Source: an uncultured Solirubrobacterales bacterium
GTDB taxonomy: Bacteria > Actinomycetota > Thermoleophilia > Solirubrobacterales > 70-9
Assembly (NCBI GenBank): GCA_963697695.1
Contig: OY969094.1
Span: 2,415,958-2,479,957, forward strand
DNA: 64,000 nucleotides
Direction: 5' to 3'
The notes under the pieces are model-generated. The model was not told the origin of the DNA, did not search any database, and saw only the letters and a program-made list of their open reading frames with translations. A program made the translations under genes and the position numbers. Each line of letters starts with the position of its first letter. The first letter of the stretch is position 1. Shown piece by piece: positions 34,888-44,613 of the stretch.

Positions 34888-35771
34888 GCAGGGCACCTTT
34901 TGCGGATCGGCTGGCGGCGCTCGTAGAGGAGCGCCGCAGCCAGATCTGTCTCGGCCTCGACCCCGATCCCTCGAAGCTCGGCGGGGACGGGGCCGATCCC
35001 GGCAACGCCTCGGCTGCGGAGCGTGCGGCCGAGGCGGTATCCGCTCACTGCCGCTCCCTGATCGAGCGCGCGGGCCCGGCCTGCGTCGCGGTGAAGCCGC
35101 AGCTCGCCTGCTTCGAGCGGCTCGGGGCGCCTGGCTGGGCGGCGCTGGAAGAGGTTTGCGTGGCCGCCCGCGAAGCGGGACTGCTCACGGTCGCCGATGG
35201 CAAGCGCGGCGACGTCCCGGTGACCGCGGCTGCCTATGCCCAGGCGCTGGTCGGCGAGACGCCGACGCCCTGGGGGCCGGTCCCCGGCCTCGGCGCCGAC
35301 GCCTTCACCGCCAACCCGCTGCTCGGCGGCGACGCGCTGGAGCCGCTGATCGCTGCGGCTGAGGCGGCTGGGGCAGGGGTCTTCGCCCTCGTCCGCACCA
35401 GCAATCCCGGCGCCGCCGACCTGCAGGACCTGCCGGCGCCCGAAGAGCCGTTGCACGAGCGCCTCGCCGCGGTGGTCGATGGGCTCGCGGCCAGGCTCGA
35501 GGGAGACAGCGGTTTGAGCGGCATGGGGGCCGTCGTCGGCGCCACCGCGCCAGAGCACATCGCCCGCCTGCGCTCGCTGATGCCGCGCTCGGTATTCCTC
35601 ATCCCCGGCGTCGGCGCGCAGGGCGGCCGGCCGGAGCTGCTGGGCGCAGCCTTCGCTCCCGGCCGGGCTGGAGCCCTCGTCGCCGCCTCGCGAGGGATTG
35701 CCGCCGCCGAGGATCCTGCCGCTGCGGCTGAGGATCTCCGCAGCGCGGTTTGGGACGTTTCGACCGCGTGA
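34884..35771 (+). CDS. pyrF: orotidine 5'-phosphate decarboxylase (type 2); start codon unresolved
   Basis: ICLGLDPD (34944-34967), VAVKPQLACFE, ADGKRGD, FLIPGVGAQGG. The first in-frame ATG/GTG/TTG is at 35091, downstream of the conserved DP motif. CTG codons at 34884 and 34911 are the only plausible starts. Confidence 0.75.
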   Translation: MSRAPFADRLAALVEERRSQICLGLDPDPSKLGGDGADPGNASAAERAAEAVSAHCRSLIERAGPACVAVKPQLACFERLGAPGWAALEEVCVAAREAGLLTVADGKRGDVPVTAAAYAQALVGETPTPWGPVPGLGADAFTANPLLGGDALEPLIAAAEAAGAGVFALVRTSNPGAADLQDLPAPEEPLHERLAAVVDGLAARLEGDSGLSGMGAVVGATAPEHIARLRSLMPRSVFLIPGVGAQGGRPELLGAAFAPGRAGALVAASRGIAAAEDPAAAAEDLRSAVWDVSTA

Positions 35772-35828
35772 AACACGCCTGACCGTATATACGATCTGCG
35801 GCGCCCATTCGCCCTCCCGCCCCGACCG

Positions 35829-36149
35829 ATGAAACAGCGCTCCTCAGTTGCCGCCCGCGTCTTCGCGACGATCGCCCTGATCGCCGGGTTCGTCATCGCC
35901 GTGATGGTGATCGGCAGCGCCGGGGGAGGGGACGAGGAGACCACGGGGAGCAAGGACGGGCGCGGTGGCCAGGTGACTCGCACAAGCGAGAACGAGGGCA
36001 GGCCGCCGGCGACCTACGTGGTGCAGAGCGGCGACACGCTGACCTCGATCGCCCGCGAGACCGGCGTCTCGGTGGCGCGGATCCAGGTGCTGAACCCCGG
36101 GATCGATCCCCAGATCCTGATCTCGGGCGAAACGCTGAAACTGAGGTGA
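35829..36149 (+). CDS. membrane-anchored LysM domain protein
   Basis: N-terminal TM segment (VFATIALIAGFVIAVMVIG). LysM domain YVVQSGDTLTSIARETGVSVARIQVLNPGIDPQILISGETLKL. Confidence 0.8.
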   Translation: MKQRSSVAARVFATIALIAGFVIAVMVIGSAGGGDEETTGSKDGRGGQVTRTSENEGRPPATYVVQSGDTLTSIARETGVSVARIQVLNPGIDPQILISGETLKLR

Positions 36150-37330
36150 TCCGGCGCCGTCTCGGCGTGGCGCTCGCAGCGATCCTGCTTGCGCTCGCTC
36201 TGGCCACGCCGGTGGCCGCCGCGAAAGGACCAAAGCTGGAAGCGCGTGCCTGGGCGTTGATCGACGCCCGTACGGGCACGGTGCTCGCCTCCCACGCTGC
36301 TGGGCGACGCCTGCCGATCGCCAGCACCACAAAGCTGATGACCGCCTATGTGGCGATGCAGGAGTTGCCGCTGAACGAGATCGTCCGCGCGGCCCCCTAC
36401 TCGGCGATCTACGGCGAGTCGCTGCTCGAACTGCGACCGGGGCAGCGGATCAGCGTGCGGGACCTGCTCTACGGCTTGATCCTGCGCAGCGGCAACGACG
36501 CCGCCTTCGACCTGGCGCTCGCCGCAGCCGGCTCGGAAGACCGCTTCGTCCGTCAGATGAACCGGCGGGCGGCCGCACTCGGCCTCGCCGATACCCACTA
36601 CGCGAACCCGATCGGGCTCGACGAGCCCGGCAACTACTCCAGCGCCCGCGACCTCAGCGTGCTCGGTCAGCGCCTGCTGCGCATCCCGGCCTTCGCCGAG
36701 ATCGCCGATGCGCGCAGCGCGACGCTGCGCAGCCTGCAGCCGCCGCGGCGGATCGACACCCTCAACGACCTCCTCTACCTTGCCCCCTGGGCGACCGGGG
36801 TGAAGACCGGCCACACCTTCGATGCCGGCTACGTCCTCGTCGCTTCCGGCAAGCGCAAAGGGGTCGAGCTGATCTCGGCGGTGATCGGGACCACGACAGA
36901 GGCCGGCCGGGATCTGGAGAGCATGGAGCTGCTCGAGTACGGCTTCTCCCGGTACGAGCGCCGCGTACCGATCCGCGCCGGCGAGCGCCTCGCCAGGCCC
37001 TCCATCCGCTACGCCGACGGCGAGCTGCCCCTGCGTGCCGCCCGCACCGTCGCAGTGGGGCTGCGCCGCGACCAGCGCCTCAGCGTCGCCGTGCGGGCGC
37101 CTGGAGAGGTCGAGGGGCCGATACGTCGCGGTGCCGTGTTGGGGCGAGCGACGGTATTCGTCGACGGCCTACGGGCGGCGACGGTGCCGCTGCGGGCGGG
37201 GCGGAGCGTGCCCGAGGCAAGCACGCTCGACCGGGTCCAAAGCTTCCTCGGTGCCGACTGGATCCTGGTCGCAGTTGCCGTTTGCGTGATACTGGTTGGC
37301 GCGATTTTGCTGAGGCGCTTCTCACGATGA
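36146..37330 (+). CDS. D-alanyl-D-alanine carboxypeptidase (S11, PBP5-like)
   Basis: Signal peptide. SxxK (ASTTK), SxN (RSGND) and KTG (VKTGHT) motifs. C-terminal TM anchor. Confidence 0.85.
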   Translation: MIRRRLGVALAAILLALALATPVAAAKGPKLEARAWALIDARTGTVLASHAAGRRLPIASTTKLMTAYVAMQELPLNEIVRAAPYSAIYGESLLELRPGQRISVRDLLYGLILRSGNDAAFDLALAAAGSEDRFVRQMNRRAAALGLADTHYANPIGLDEPGNYSSARDLSVLGQRLLRIPAFAEIADARSATLRSLQPPRRIDTLNDLLYLAPWATGVKTGHTFDAGYVLVASGKRKGVELISAVIGTTTEAGRDLESMELLEYGFSRYERRVPIRAGERLARPSIRYADGELPLRAARTVAVGLRRDQRLSVAVRAPGEVEGPIRRGAVLGRATVFVDGLRAATVPLRAGRSVPEASTLDRVQSFLGADWILVAVAVCVILVGAILLRRFSR

Positions 37331-38283
37331 TCCTCACCGTCACCCTCAACGCCGCGATCGACCGCACGGTGGCGGTACCGAATTTCCGTCTTGCCCACCG
37401 CCACCGCGCGGTGGAGAGCCGCACCGTGGCCGGCGGCAAGGGAATCAACGTCGCCCGCGCGCTCAACCGGCTCGGCCGGCCGGTGATCGCCACCGGCTTC
37501 GTCGGCGGCCCGACGGGCACCCGGGTGCTGGAAGCGCTGCGCGAAGAAGCGGTGCTGACGGACTTCACCCGGATCGCCGGCGAGACGCGGGTCAACATGG
37601 CCGTGATCGACCCCACCTCGGGAGAGCAGACGGAGATCAACGAGCGCGGCCCCGCGGTCAGCCCCGAGGAGGTGGAGTCCTTCGTCACCCGCCTCCGCTA
37701 CCTGGCCAAAGGGGCGAAGCTCTGCGTGCTCGCCGGGACCCTGCCGCCTGGCGCGGGCTCCGACCTCTACGCACGCCTGGTCAAAGACCTCTTAGATCTG
37801 GGCATACCGGTCGTCCTCGACGCCGAGGGCGACGCGATGCTCGCCGGCCTACGCGCCGGCGCCTCGGTCGTCACCCCGAACGAGCGCGAGGCGGAGGAGC
37901 TGGTCGGGCAGGAGTTCGCCGATGGCGACGACGTCGTCCACGGCCTCTCGGAGCTGGTCCGGCTCGGCGCCGAGGAGGCGGCGATCACGCGGCCCGACGG
38001 CTGCGTCGCCGTGGTCGGCGAGGGGTCTGAGCGGCGCTTCCTCGAAGTGCGCACGGAGTCGCTGGAGGCGGTCTCCTCCGTCGGTTCCGGCGATGCCTTC
38101 CTGGCCGGCTACGTCGCCGCCCGCTATGACGGCGGCAGCCCCGACGAGTGCCTCGCCTATGGCGTTGCCTGCGGGGCCGAGTCGACTCAGCACTTCGGTG
38201 CCGGCAAGGTCGACCGCAACCAGATCGAGCGCCTCCTGGGCGAGGTCCACGTCCAGGATTTGGAGGTCCCCGCAGAAGTGTAG
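37327..38283 (+). CDS. pfkB: PfkB-family sugar kinase (1-phosphofructokinase-like)
   Basis: MILTVTLNAAIDRT..., GGKGINVARAL, GSGDAFLAGY. The ATG overlaps the upstream stop. Confidence 0.8.
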   Translation: MILTVTLNAAIDRTVAVPNFRLAHRHRAVESRTVAGGKGINVARALNRLGRPVIATGFVGGPTGTRVLEALREEAVLTDFTRIAGETRVNMAVIDPTSGEQTEINERGPAVSPEEVESFVTRLRYLAKGAKLCVLAGTLPPGAGSDLYARLVKDLLDLGIPVVLDAEGDAMLAGLRAGASVVTPNEREAEELVGQEFADGDDVVHGLSELVRLGAEEAAITRPDGCVAVVGEGSERRFLEVRTESLEAVSSVGSGDAFLAGYVAARYDGGSPDECLAYGVACGAESTQHFGAGKVDRNQIERLLGEVHVQDLEVPAEV

Positions 38284-38318
38284 GCTGGCTTTTCAACGCC
38301 ACCCCCTGGAGGACCTAA

Positions 38319-39524
38319 TTGGAGATCGACATCGGTCGAGGCAAGAAGGGGCGGCGCGCTTACGGATTCGACGACATCGCGATCGTCCCGTCGCGTCGCA
38401 CACGTGATCCCGACGACATAGACATCAGCTGGACCCTCGGCCCCTATCGCTTCGAGCTGCCGCTGGTGGCCTCGGCGATGGACGGGGTTGTCAGCCCTGA
38501 CACCGCCGTCCTGGTCAACGAGCTCGGCGGGCTCGGCGTGCTCAACCTGGAGGGAATCTGGACCCGCTTCGAGAACGCCGAGGAGCAGCTGGAGAAGGTC
38601 GCCGCTGCGCCGAAGCACGTGGCGACCAGGCTGATGCAGGAGATCTACACCGAGCCGGTCAAGCCGGAGCTGGTCGGGCAGCGGATCGCCGAGATCAAGG
38701 AGCGCGGCGCAGTAGCCTGCGGCTCGCTCACTCCGCAGAAGGTGCGGGAGCACTTCGAGATCGCGGTCGAGGCCGGTATCGACATCCTCGTCATCCAGGG
38801 CACCGTTATTTCGGCCGAACACGTCTCGACCACGGTCGAGCCGCTCAACCTGAAGGAGTTCATCTCCGAAGTCCCGGTTCCGACGGTGGTCGGCGGCTGC
38901 GCCTCCTACTCGACCGGGCTGCACCTGATGCGGACCGGCGCCGTCGGCGTCCTCGTCGGGGTCGGCCCCGGCGCCGCCTGTACGACCAGGGGCGTGCTCG
39001 GGATCGGCGTCCCGCAGGCGACCGCGATCGCCGATGTCGCCGCCGCCCGCTCCCAGCACATGCTGGAGACCGGCGAGTACGTCAACGTGATCGCCGACGG
39101 CGGCATGCGGACCGGCGGGGACGTCTCCAAGGCGATCGCCTGTGGGGCGGACTCGGTGATGGTCGGCTCGCCTTTGGCTCGTGCCAAGGAGGCGCCCGGC
39201 CGCGGTTTCCATTGGGGAATGGCCACCTTCCATCCCTCGCTGCCGCGCGGTACCCGCGTCTCGACCACGCAGGACGGGACGATGGAGGAGATCGTCCTCG
39301 GCCCGGCCCAGGAGAACGACGGCACCTTCAACCTGATGGGGGCACTGAAGACCTCGATGGCCACCTGCGGCTACGAGGACATCCGCTCCTTCCAGCGGGC
39401 CGAGGTGATGGTTGCTCCGGCGCTGATGAGCGAGGGCAAGAAGCTGCAGAACGAGCAGTCGGTGGGGATGGGTTCGAACGGGCGCGCGGCGGTCTCCGCC
39501 GGTGTTGGAGTCGCCGACGACTGA
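38319..39524 (+). CDS. GuaB3-like IMP dehydrogenase family protein (no CBS insert)
   Basis: TTG start after GGAGGA. Contains [21 protein letters not shown] and a TIM-barrel IMPDH-like core ([15 protein letters not shown]). Sits next to guaA, as in actinobacteria. Confidence 0.75.
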   Translation: MEIDIGRGKKGRRAYGFDDIAIVPSRRTRDPDDIDISWTLGPYRFELPLVASAMDGVVSPDTAVLVNELGGLGVLNLEGIWTRFENAEEQLEKVAAAPKHVATRLMQEIYTEPVKPELVGQRIAEIKERGAVACGSLTPQKVREHFEIAVEAGIDILVIQGTVISAEHVSTTVEPLNLKEFISEVPVPTVVGGCASYSTGLHLMRTGAVGVLVGVGPGAACTTRGVLGIGVPQATAIADVAAARSQHMLETGEYVNVIADGGMRTGGDVSKAIACGADSVMVGSPLARAKEAPGRGFHWGMATFHPSLPRGTRVSTTQDGTMEEIVLGPAQENDGTFNLMGALKTSMATCGYEDIRSFQRAEVMVAPALMSEGKKLQNEQSVGMGSNGRAAVSAGVGVADD

Positions 39525-41088
39525 GGCCGGTGCCACAGCGGCGCCGGCCCAGGCCTCCGAGGAGGTTCTCGTCCTCGACTTCGGGGGGCAGTACTCGCAG
39601 CTGATCGCGCGGCGGATTCGCGAGTGCGGCGTTTTCGCCGAGCTGCTGCCCTCGACCACGTCGCTGGAGGCGATTCGCGAGCGCCGGCCGAAGGGGCTGG
39701 TCCTCTCCGGCGGGCCGGCCTCGGTCTACGAGGAGGGGGCGCCCGCGTTCCCGACCGAGCTGCTCGATCTCGAGATCCCGATGCTGGGGATCTGTTACGG
39801 GATGCAGGCGATGGTCCAGGCACTCGGCGGCCGCGTGGAGGCAGCGGAGGCCGGGGAGTTCGGTCGGACCGACCTGGTTCTGCGCGACGGCGGCGGGCGC
39901 CTGCTCGCCGGTCTGCCCGAGGAGCAGCACTGCTGGATGAGCCACCGCGACGCGGTCTTCGAGCCCCCCGAGGGGTTCGTCGCACTCGCCTCCAGCCCGG
40001 GCTCGCCGGTCGCCGCCTGCGAGTACCCCGAGCGCGGCCTCTACGGCATCCAGTTCCACCCCGAGGTCGTCCACACGCCCTACGGGACCGAGATCCTCAC
40101 CCGCTTCCTGCGCGATGTCGCCGGTTGCGAGCAGCAGTGGTCGCCGCAATCGGTGATCGCCGAACAGGTGGCGAAGATCCAGGCGCAGGTGGGGGAGGGG
40201 CGAGTGATCTGCGGCCTCTCCGGCGGCGTCGACTCCTCGGTCGCGGCGCTGCTCGTCCACAAGGCGATCGGCGAGCAGTTGACCTGCGTCTTCGTCGACC
40301 ACGGCCTGATGCGGCTGAACGAGGCCGAGCAGGTCGTGGCGGCCTTCGAGCAGTTCGGCATCCCGCTCGTCCACGTCGACGCCGAGCAGCGCTTCCTCGC
40401 CAGGCTGGCCCGCATCGACGAGCCCGAGCGCAAGCGCAAGATCATCGGCGAGGAGTTCATCCGCGTCTTCGAGGAGGAGGCGGCGAAGCTCCAGGACGCC
40501 GCCTATCTGGTCCAGGGCACGCTCTACTCCGACGTGATCGAGTCCGGTGGCAGCGACAACGCCGCGACGATCAAGTCCCACCACAACGTCGGCGGGCTGC
40601 CGGAGGACCTCGAGTTCGAGCTGGTCGAGCCGCTGCGGATGCTGTTCAAGGACGAGGTCCGCGCGGTCGGTGCCGAGCTGGGGCTGCCGGAACGGATGGT
40701 CTGGCGCCAGCCCTTCCCCGGTCCCGGCCTGGCGATCCGCATCGTCGGCGGCGAGGTGACCAAAGAGCGGCTCGACATCCTGCGTGCTGCCGACGCGATC
40801 CTGCAGGAGGAGATCCGCGCCGCAGAGCTCTACCGCCAGCTCTGGCAGTCCTTCTGCGTCCTGCCCGTCGTGCGCTCGGTCGGGGTCCAGGGCGACGGTC
40901 GCACCTACGCCTACCCGATCGTGATCCGCGCCGTCACCTCCGACGATGCGATGACCGCCGACTGGGCCCGCCTCCCCTACGACCTGCTCGAGCGCGTCTC
41001 CAACCGGGTCATCAACGAGATCCCCGAAGTCAACCGCGTCGCCCTCGATATTTCCTCAAAGCCCCCCGCCACCATCGAGTGGGAGTGA
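39502..41088 (+). CDS. guaA: GMP synthase (glutamine-hydrolysing)
   Basis: [36 protein letters not shown], ...PPATIEWE C-terminus. Confidence 0.95.
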   Translation: MLESPTTEAGATAAPAQASEEVLVLDFGGQYSQLIARRIRECGVFAELLPSTTSLEAIRERRPKGLVLSGGPASVYEEGAPAFPTELLDLEIPMLGICYGMQAMVQALGGRVEAAEAGEFGRTDLVLRDGGGRLLAGLPEEQHCWMSHRDAVFEPPEGFVALASSPGSPVAACEYPERGLYGIQFHPEVVHTPYGTEILTRFLRDVAGCEQQWSPQSVIAEQVAKIQAQVGEGRVICGLSGGVDSSVAALLVHKAIGEQLTCVFVDHGLMRLNEAEQVVAAFEQFGIPLVHVDAEQRFLARLARIDEPERKRKIIGEEFIRVFEEEAAKLQDAAYLVQGTLYSDVIESGGSDNAATIKSHHNVGGLPEDLEFELVEPLRMLFKDEVRAVGAELGLPERMVWRQPFPGPGLAIRIVGGEVTKERLDILRAADAILQEEIRAAELYRQLWQSFCVLPVVRSVGVQGDGRTYAYPIVIRAVTSDDAMTADWARLPYDLLERVSNRVINEIPEVNRVALDISSKPPATIEWE

Positions 41089-41102
41089 TGACGGTCCAGG
41101 AC

Positions 41103-41173
41103 GCCGCCTGGCGGTGTCCTCGGGGTTCCACGATGCGCCGCATCGCGAAACCCCTGCGTCCTGGCCAGGCAAC
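41103..41173 (+). repeat. ~70-nt intergenic element, copy 1 (3' of guaA)
   Basis: GCCGCCTGGCGGTGTCCTCGG-N34-GTCCTGGCCAGGCAAC. Same termini as 58044-58113. The ends are partly inverted (GCCTGGC / GCCAGGC). Confidence 0.7.
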
Positions 41174-41198
41174 GTCCTGACCTCGTCATCAACGGTCC

Positions 41199-42044
41199 AT
41201 GTCGTTCGCAGTCTCGATCGCGATCCTGGGGCTCGCTCAGGCGGCGTTGGTGGCGCTGCCGGCGCCGCGGCCGCTGCCGCCGCGGCTGGCGGCGCTGAGC
41301 AGCCGCTGGTGGGCGCTGGCGCCGGCGCTCTCGATCGTCGTCGTGATCGCGGCGATCGAGCTCGACTCGGACTCGGCTGAGGCGCTTGCGTATCTGGCGC
41401 TGGTCGCGGTGCCACCGCTGGCGGCGCTGGCGCTGGGGGCGCTCGTGCACGGCTCGCGGCCGGTCTGGGCGCTCGCGGTCGTGCCGCTCTTCGCCATCGC
41501 CTGGGTCTCGGTCGACACGCTCGCCGGTGAGACCGCGGCGCTGGCGCTCTCTGGCCTCGCCTGCATCTCCCTCGGCTGGCTGCTGGTCTCGGTCGTGCCC
41601 GCCTCCTGGCTGCGAATCGGTATCTACGCGATGGCGGCGATCGACGCCTTCCTGATCGGGGTCGAGCTGCTGCAGGAGCCGAGCTCGGTCCTCAGCGCAG
41701 CCGCTCCGCTCGCCGATCTGCCGCGCCTGCAGGTGGTCAACTTCGGCTCCGCTCGGATGGGGTTCGGCGACATCTTCGTCGCCGCCCTGGTCGGTTGCCT
41801 CCTTGCCGCCCCCGCCGATGGGCCGGGAATACGCTCAGGTGGCGGATCTTCGGCCCGTCGGCTCTCAGCGGGCCGGTGGCAGCTCTACGCGGCCGGGCTG
41901 GTCGCCGTGCTTGCGCTCAGCTTCGACTTGCTTTTCTTCGTCCTCGACACGCTGCCGGGGACGGTTCCGGTCGCGCTCGCCCTGGCGATCGTGCAGCGAT
42001 CCCGCAAAGCGGAATCGGCTGCGGGGGTCGCCGGTCAGCTGTAG
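41199..42044 (+). CDS. polytopic membrane protein with a GxGD motif (candidate presenilin/SPP-like or A24-like intramembrane aspartyl protease)
   Basis: About 8 hydrophobic segments. AMAAIDAFLIG in one helix. ...APLADLPRLQVVNFGSARMGFGDIFVAALVG in the next resembles the SPP pattern AP..LvfP....f.mLGLGDivIPG. Confidence 0.4.
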   Translation: MSFAVSIAILGLAQAALVALPAPRPLPPRLAALSSRWWALAPALSIVVVIAAIELDSDSAEALAYLALVAVPPLAALALGALVHGSRPVWALAVVPLFAIAWVSVDTLAGETAALALSGLACISLGWLLVSVVPASWLRIGIYAMAAIDAFLIGVELLQEPSSVLSAAAPLADLPRLQVVNFGSARMGFGDIFVAALVGCLLAAPADGPGIRSGGGSSARRLSAGRWQLYAAGLVAVLALSFDLLFFVLDTLPGTVPVALALAIVQRSRKAESAAGVAGQL

Positions 42045-42988
42045 GCGTCCCATTTCTGCAGGTAGGGCAGGGGGTCGACCGGGCTGCCGCCCTCGTACCA
42101 GCCAGGGGCGGTCCAGAGCTCGAAGTGGAGATGGCAGGCGGAGGCCGAGCCGGTGTCGCCGACGATGCCGATCGGCTGGCCGGTGCGGACCGAGTCGCCG
42201 GTCAGCAGGGGCGAGGGTTCGGCGAGGTGCGCGTACATGAAGTCGTAGGTGGTGCCCTTGCCGTCGATGACGACGTAATTGCCGGCGGCGCTCTGGTAGC
42301 CGGAGTACTGGACCGTGCCGCCGCGGGCGGCAACCAGAGGCTCCCCGCAGGCCGCCATCACGTCGTGGCCCTGGTGGGTGTGCCCGGAGCGCCCAGCGCC
42401 GAAGACAGCGCCGCTGTTGCCGTAGTCGTGGGCCCCAAGGATCGGGAAGGCATAGCCGTAGAGGGCGAAGGCGAGGTTGAGCGGTTCGCTCGAGGTGGCG
42501 GCGCGAGCGAGCGGCGGGGCCGACACTCCCTGGGGGAGGATGCGGAAGCTGTAGCGGCCGTTGCGGGCTGGGCGACCTTCGGCGGTGGTCCCGTCCCAGC
42601 GGATCCGGGTTTCGAGGTTGGGCGCTACGTCGTTGCGGAAGAAGCTGCGCACCGCCGCGCCCGCCGCGTCGACGACGTCGATCTGGAGGTCGTTCTGCGC
42701 TTGTGTGCTGGCGATCGCGAAGCGCAGGCTCGGGTAGCGGAAGCCGTAGAAGAAGGACTTGCGAGGGGTGGCCTGGGCGGAAACCAGGGTCAGCGCGCCG
42801 GCGCTGGGAGCGTCGGCGGCGGGGGCTCCGGTGGGGCTGCCTGCGGGCGGTTTCGCGCCGGCGGGAGTGGGTGCGCCGCCGGTCGTCATCGCCGAGGCGT
42901 AGCCGGCAACCGCCAGCAGAAGAACCGTCGCTACGACTGTGATTGAAATTCCCGCCAACCAAGGCTGGGCCCTCACGCTGCGCGCCAC
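42035..42988 (-). CDS. secreted M23-family metallopeptidase (LytM-like)
   Basis: Signal anchor. HTHQGHDVMA ... YAHL ... GDTGSASACHLHFELW gives the HxxxD and HxH motifs. Confidence 0.85.
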   Translation of the reverse strand: MARSVRAQPWLAGISITVVATVLLLAVAGYASAMTTGGAPTPAGAKPPAGSPTGAPAADAPSAGALTLVSAQATPRKSFFYGFRYPSLRFAIASTQAQNDLQIDVVDAAGAAVRSFFRNDVAPNLETRIRWDGTTAEGRPARNGRYSFRILPQGVSAPPLARAATSSEPLNLAFALYGYAFPILGAHDYGNSGAVFGAGRSGHTHQGHDVMAACGEPLVAARGGTVQYSGYQSAAGNYVVIDGKGTTYDFMYAHLAEPSPLLTGDSVRTGQPIGIVGDTGSASACHLHFELWTAPGWYEGGSPVDPLPYLQKWDAYS

Positions 42989-43263
42989 ATGCCCTCTCTT
43001 TCCTTCGCCTACGGAGTTAGCTGTCGGGCTCGCGCTGAAAGAGATGCGCTACGGACTCTTCGTCCGATTCGCCCCCGGGACCTTCAAGCTGCAAAGGTCC
43101 CTGCGGTTCCTCCGCTTCCACCCGACTGTCCGGATGGAATTCGGCAGTTGTTGGCGCGGCAGTATAGACGGGCCGGGGGCGGGTCTCGGGAATCCCCGTA
43201 TGGCGGGTTCAGAGACCTCGCCATATGCGGAGAAATGCCGACTTCCCTATCATCCGCCGGCCG

Positions 43264-43698
43264 ATGAAGACCTATGTGGCCACACCCGCCGACCGCCAGC
43301 GCGACTGGTACGTCGTCGACGCTGAGGGGCAGACCCTGGGGCGGCTGGCGACCCGGATCGCCGATGCGCTGCGCGGCAAGCGCAAGCCCGAGTACACGCC
43401 GCACATCGACACCGGCGATTTCATCGTCGTCGTCAACGCGGAGAAGATCCACGTCACCGGCGACAAGCTCGCGCAGAAGCGCTACTGGCGGCACAGCGGT
43501 TACCCCGGCGGGATTAAGTCCCGAACCCTCGGCGAGATGCTCGAGCGGCGTCCCGAGGAGGTCATTCGCAAGGCGGTCAAGGGCATGCTGCCCCGCAACC
43601 GATTGGCGCGGCAGCAGCTGACCAAGCTGAAGGTCTACGCCGGGCCCGAGCACCCACACGAGGCCCAGAAGCCGAAACCGATGGAGATACAGACTTGA
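43264..43698 (+). CDS. rplM: 50S ribosomal protein L13
   Basis: [59 protein letters not shown]. Confidence 0.95.
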   Translation: MKTYVATPADRQRDWYVVDAEGQTLGRLATRIADALRGKRKPEYTPHIDTGDFIVVVNAEKIHVTGDKLAQKRYWRHSGYPGGIKSRTLGEMLERRPEEVIRKAVKGMLPRNRLARQQLTKLKVYAGPEHPHEAQKPKPMEIQT

Positions 43699-44603
43699 CG
43701 GACGAGCAGGACAAAGCTTCAGAGCAGCCCGAGACCCCTACCGAGGGCTCGGAGGCTCAGCCCGAGGAGCCAACGGCGGAGGAGTCCTCGTCCGCGCAGG
43801 CTGAGGGCGAGGAGCCCACGCCGGCCGCGGGGGAGCCCACGGCCGAGGAGGCCGAGGCAGAGGCAGACACCGCCGAGGAGCCCGAGGCAGAGGCAGACAC
43901 CGCCGAGGAGCCCGAGGCAGAGGCAGACACCGCCGAGGAGCCCGTCGCAGGGGAGGCCCCGGCTGAGGAGGCCGAGGCGCCCGCGGCTGAGGAGCCGGCC
44001 CCAGAGCCGAAGGCCGAGGAGAAGAAAAAAGACGTCATTCCCGGTGCCGACCTGGAGCCGATTGCGGTCGAGCCGGAGGAGAAGCCGCTCAGCGCCGAGG
44101 AGCAGGCTCGCCGTGAAGCTGAAGAGGAGGAGCGTGCCCAACGCGAGGCCGAGCTGGTCGGCGAGGCAGAGGAGGAGCCCGCCGCGGCGAGCCGCGCCCC
44201 CGCCAAACTGGAGGGCGATGCCCGCTACCTCGCGACCGGCAAGCGCAAGTGCTCGATCGCCCGCGTAACCCTGTTGCCGGGCAGCGGCAAGATCGAGATC
44301 AACAAGCGGGCGCTGGATGAGTTCTTTCCCCGCCCCCTGCACCAGACGATGGCCCGCCAGCCGCTTTCGATCGCCGGCTACGAGGGCAGCGTCGACGTTC
44401 GGGTCCGCGTCCACGGCGGCGGCATCAGCGGCCAGGCCGGCGCGGTCCGCCACGGGATCGCCCGGGCCCTGACCGAGATCGACCCGGAGCTGCGCGGCGA
44501 GCTGAAGCGGCGCGGCTTCCTCACGCGCGACGCGCGGGTCAAGGAGCGCCGCAAGGCCGGCCTGAAGAAGGCACGCAAGCGGCCTCAGTTCTCCAAGCGT
44601 TAG
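43695..44603 (+). CDS. rpsI: 30S ribosomal protein S9 with a ~170-aa acidic N-terminal extension
   Basis: The C-terminal ~130 aa are canonical S9 ([14 protein letters not shown]...[19 protein letters not shown]...[13 protein letters not shown]). The only in-frame ATG/GTG/TTG upstream of the S9 core is the TTG at 43695, which overlaps the rplM stop. Confidence 0.85.
   Translation: MTDEQDKASEQPETPTEGSEAQPEEPTAEESSSAQAEGEEPTPAAGEPTAEEAEAEADTAEEPEAEADTAEEPEAEADTAEEPVAGEAPAEEAEAPAAEEPAPEPKAEEKKKDVIPGADLEPIAVEPEEKPLSAEEQARREAEEEERAQREAELVGEAEEEPAAASRAPAKLEGDARYLATGKRKCSIARVTLLPGSGKIEINKRALDEFFPRPLHQTMARQPLSIAGYEGSVDVRVRVHGGGISGQAGAVRHGIARALTEIDPELRGELKRRGFLTRDARVKERRKAGLKKARKRPQFSKR
43854..43943 (+). 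repeat. three perfect 30-bp tandem repeats inside the rpsI extension
   Basis: GAGGCAGAGGCAGACACCGCCGAGGAGCCC repeated three times, encoding [10 protein letters not shown]. Confidence 0.9.
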
Positions 44604-44613
44604 GAGCCGACCA

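Noticed and set aside
38187-40584. Minus-strand ORFs of 490 and 418 aa, and the plus-strand alternative-frame ORF 39624-41180
   Set aside because: They overlap the guaB3-like gene and guaA, which carry clear family motifs in their own frames. The alternative frames give Arg-rich nonsense.
42989-43263. 275-nt gap upstream of rplM as a possible ribosomal-protein leader RNA
   Set aside because: I could not identify a convincing conserved structure by eye. It more likely contains divergent promoters for rplM and the M23 peptidase gene.
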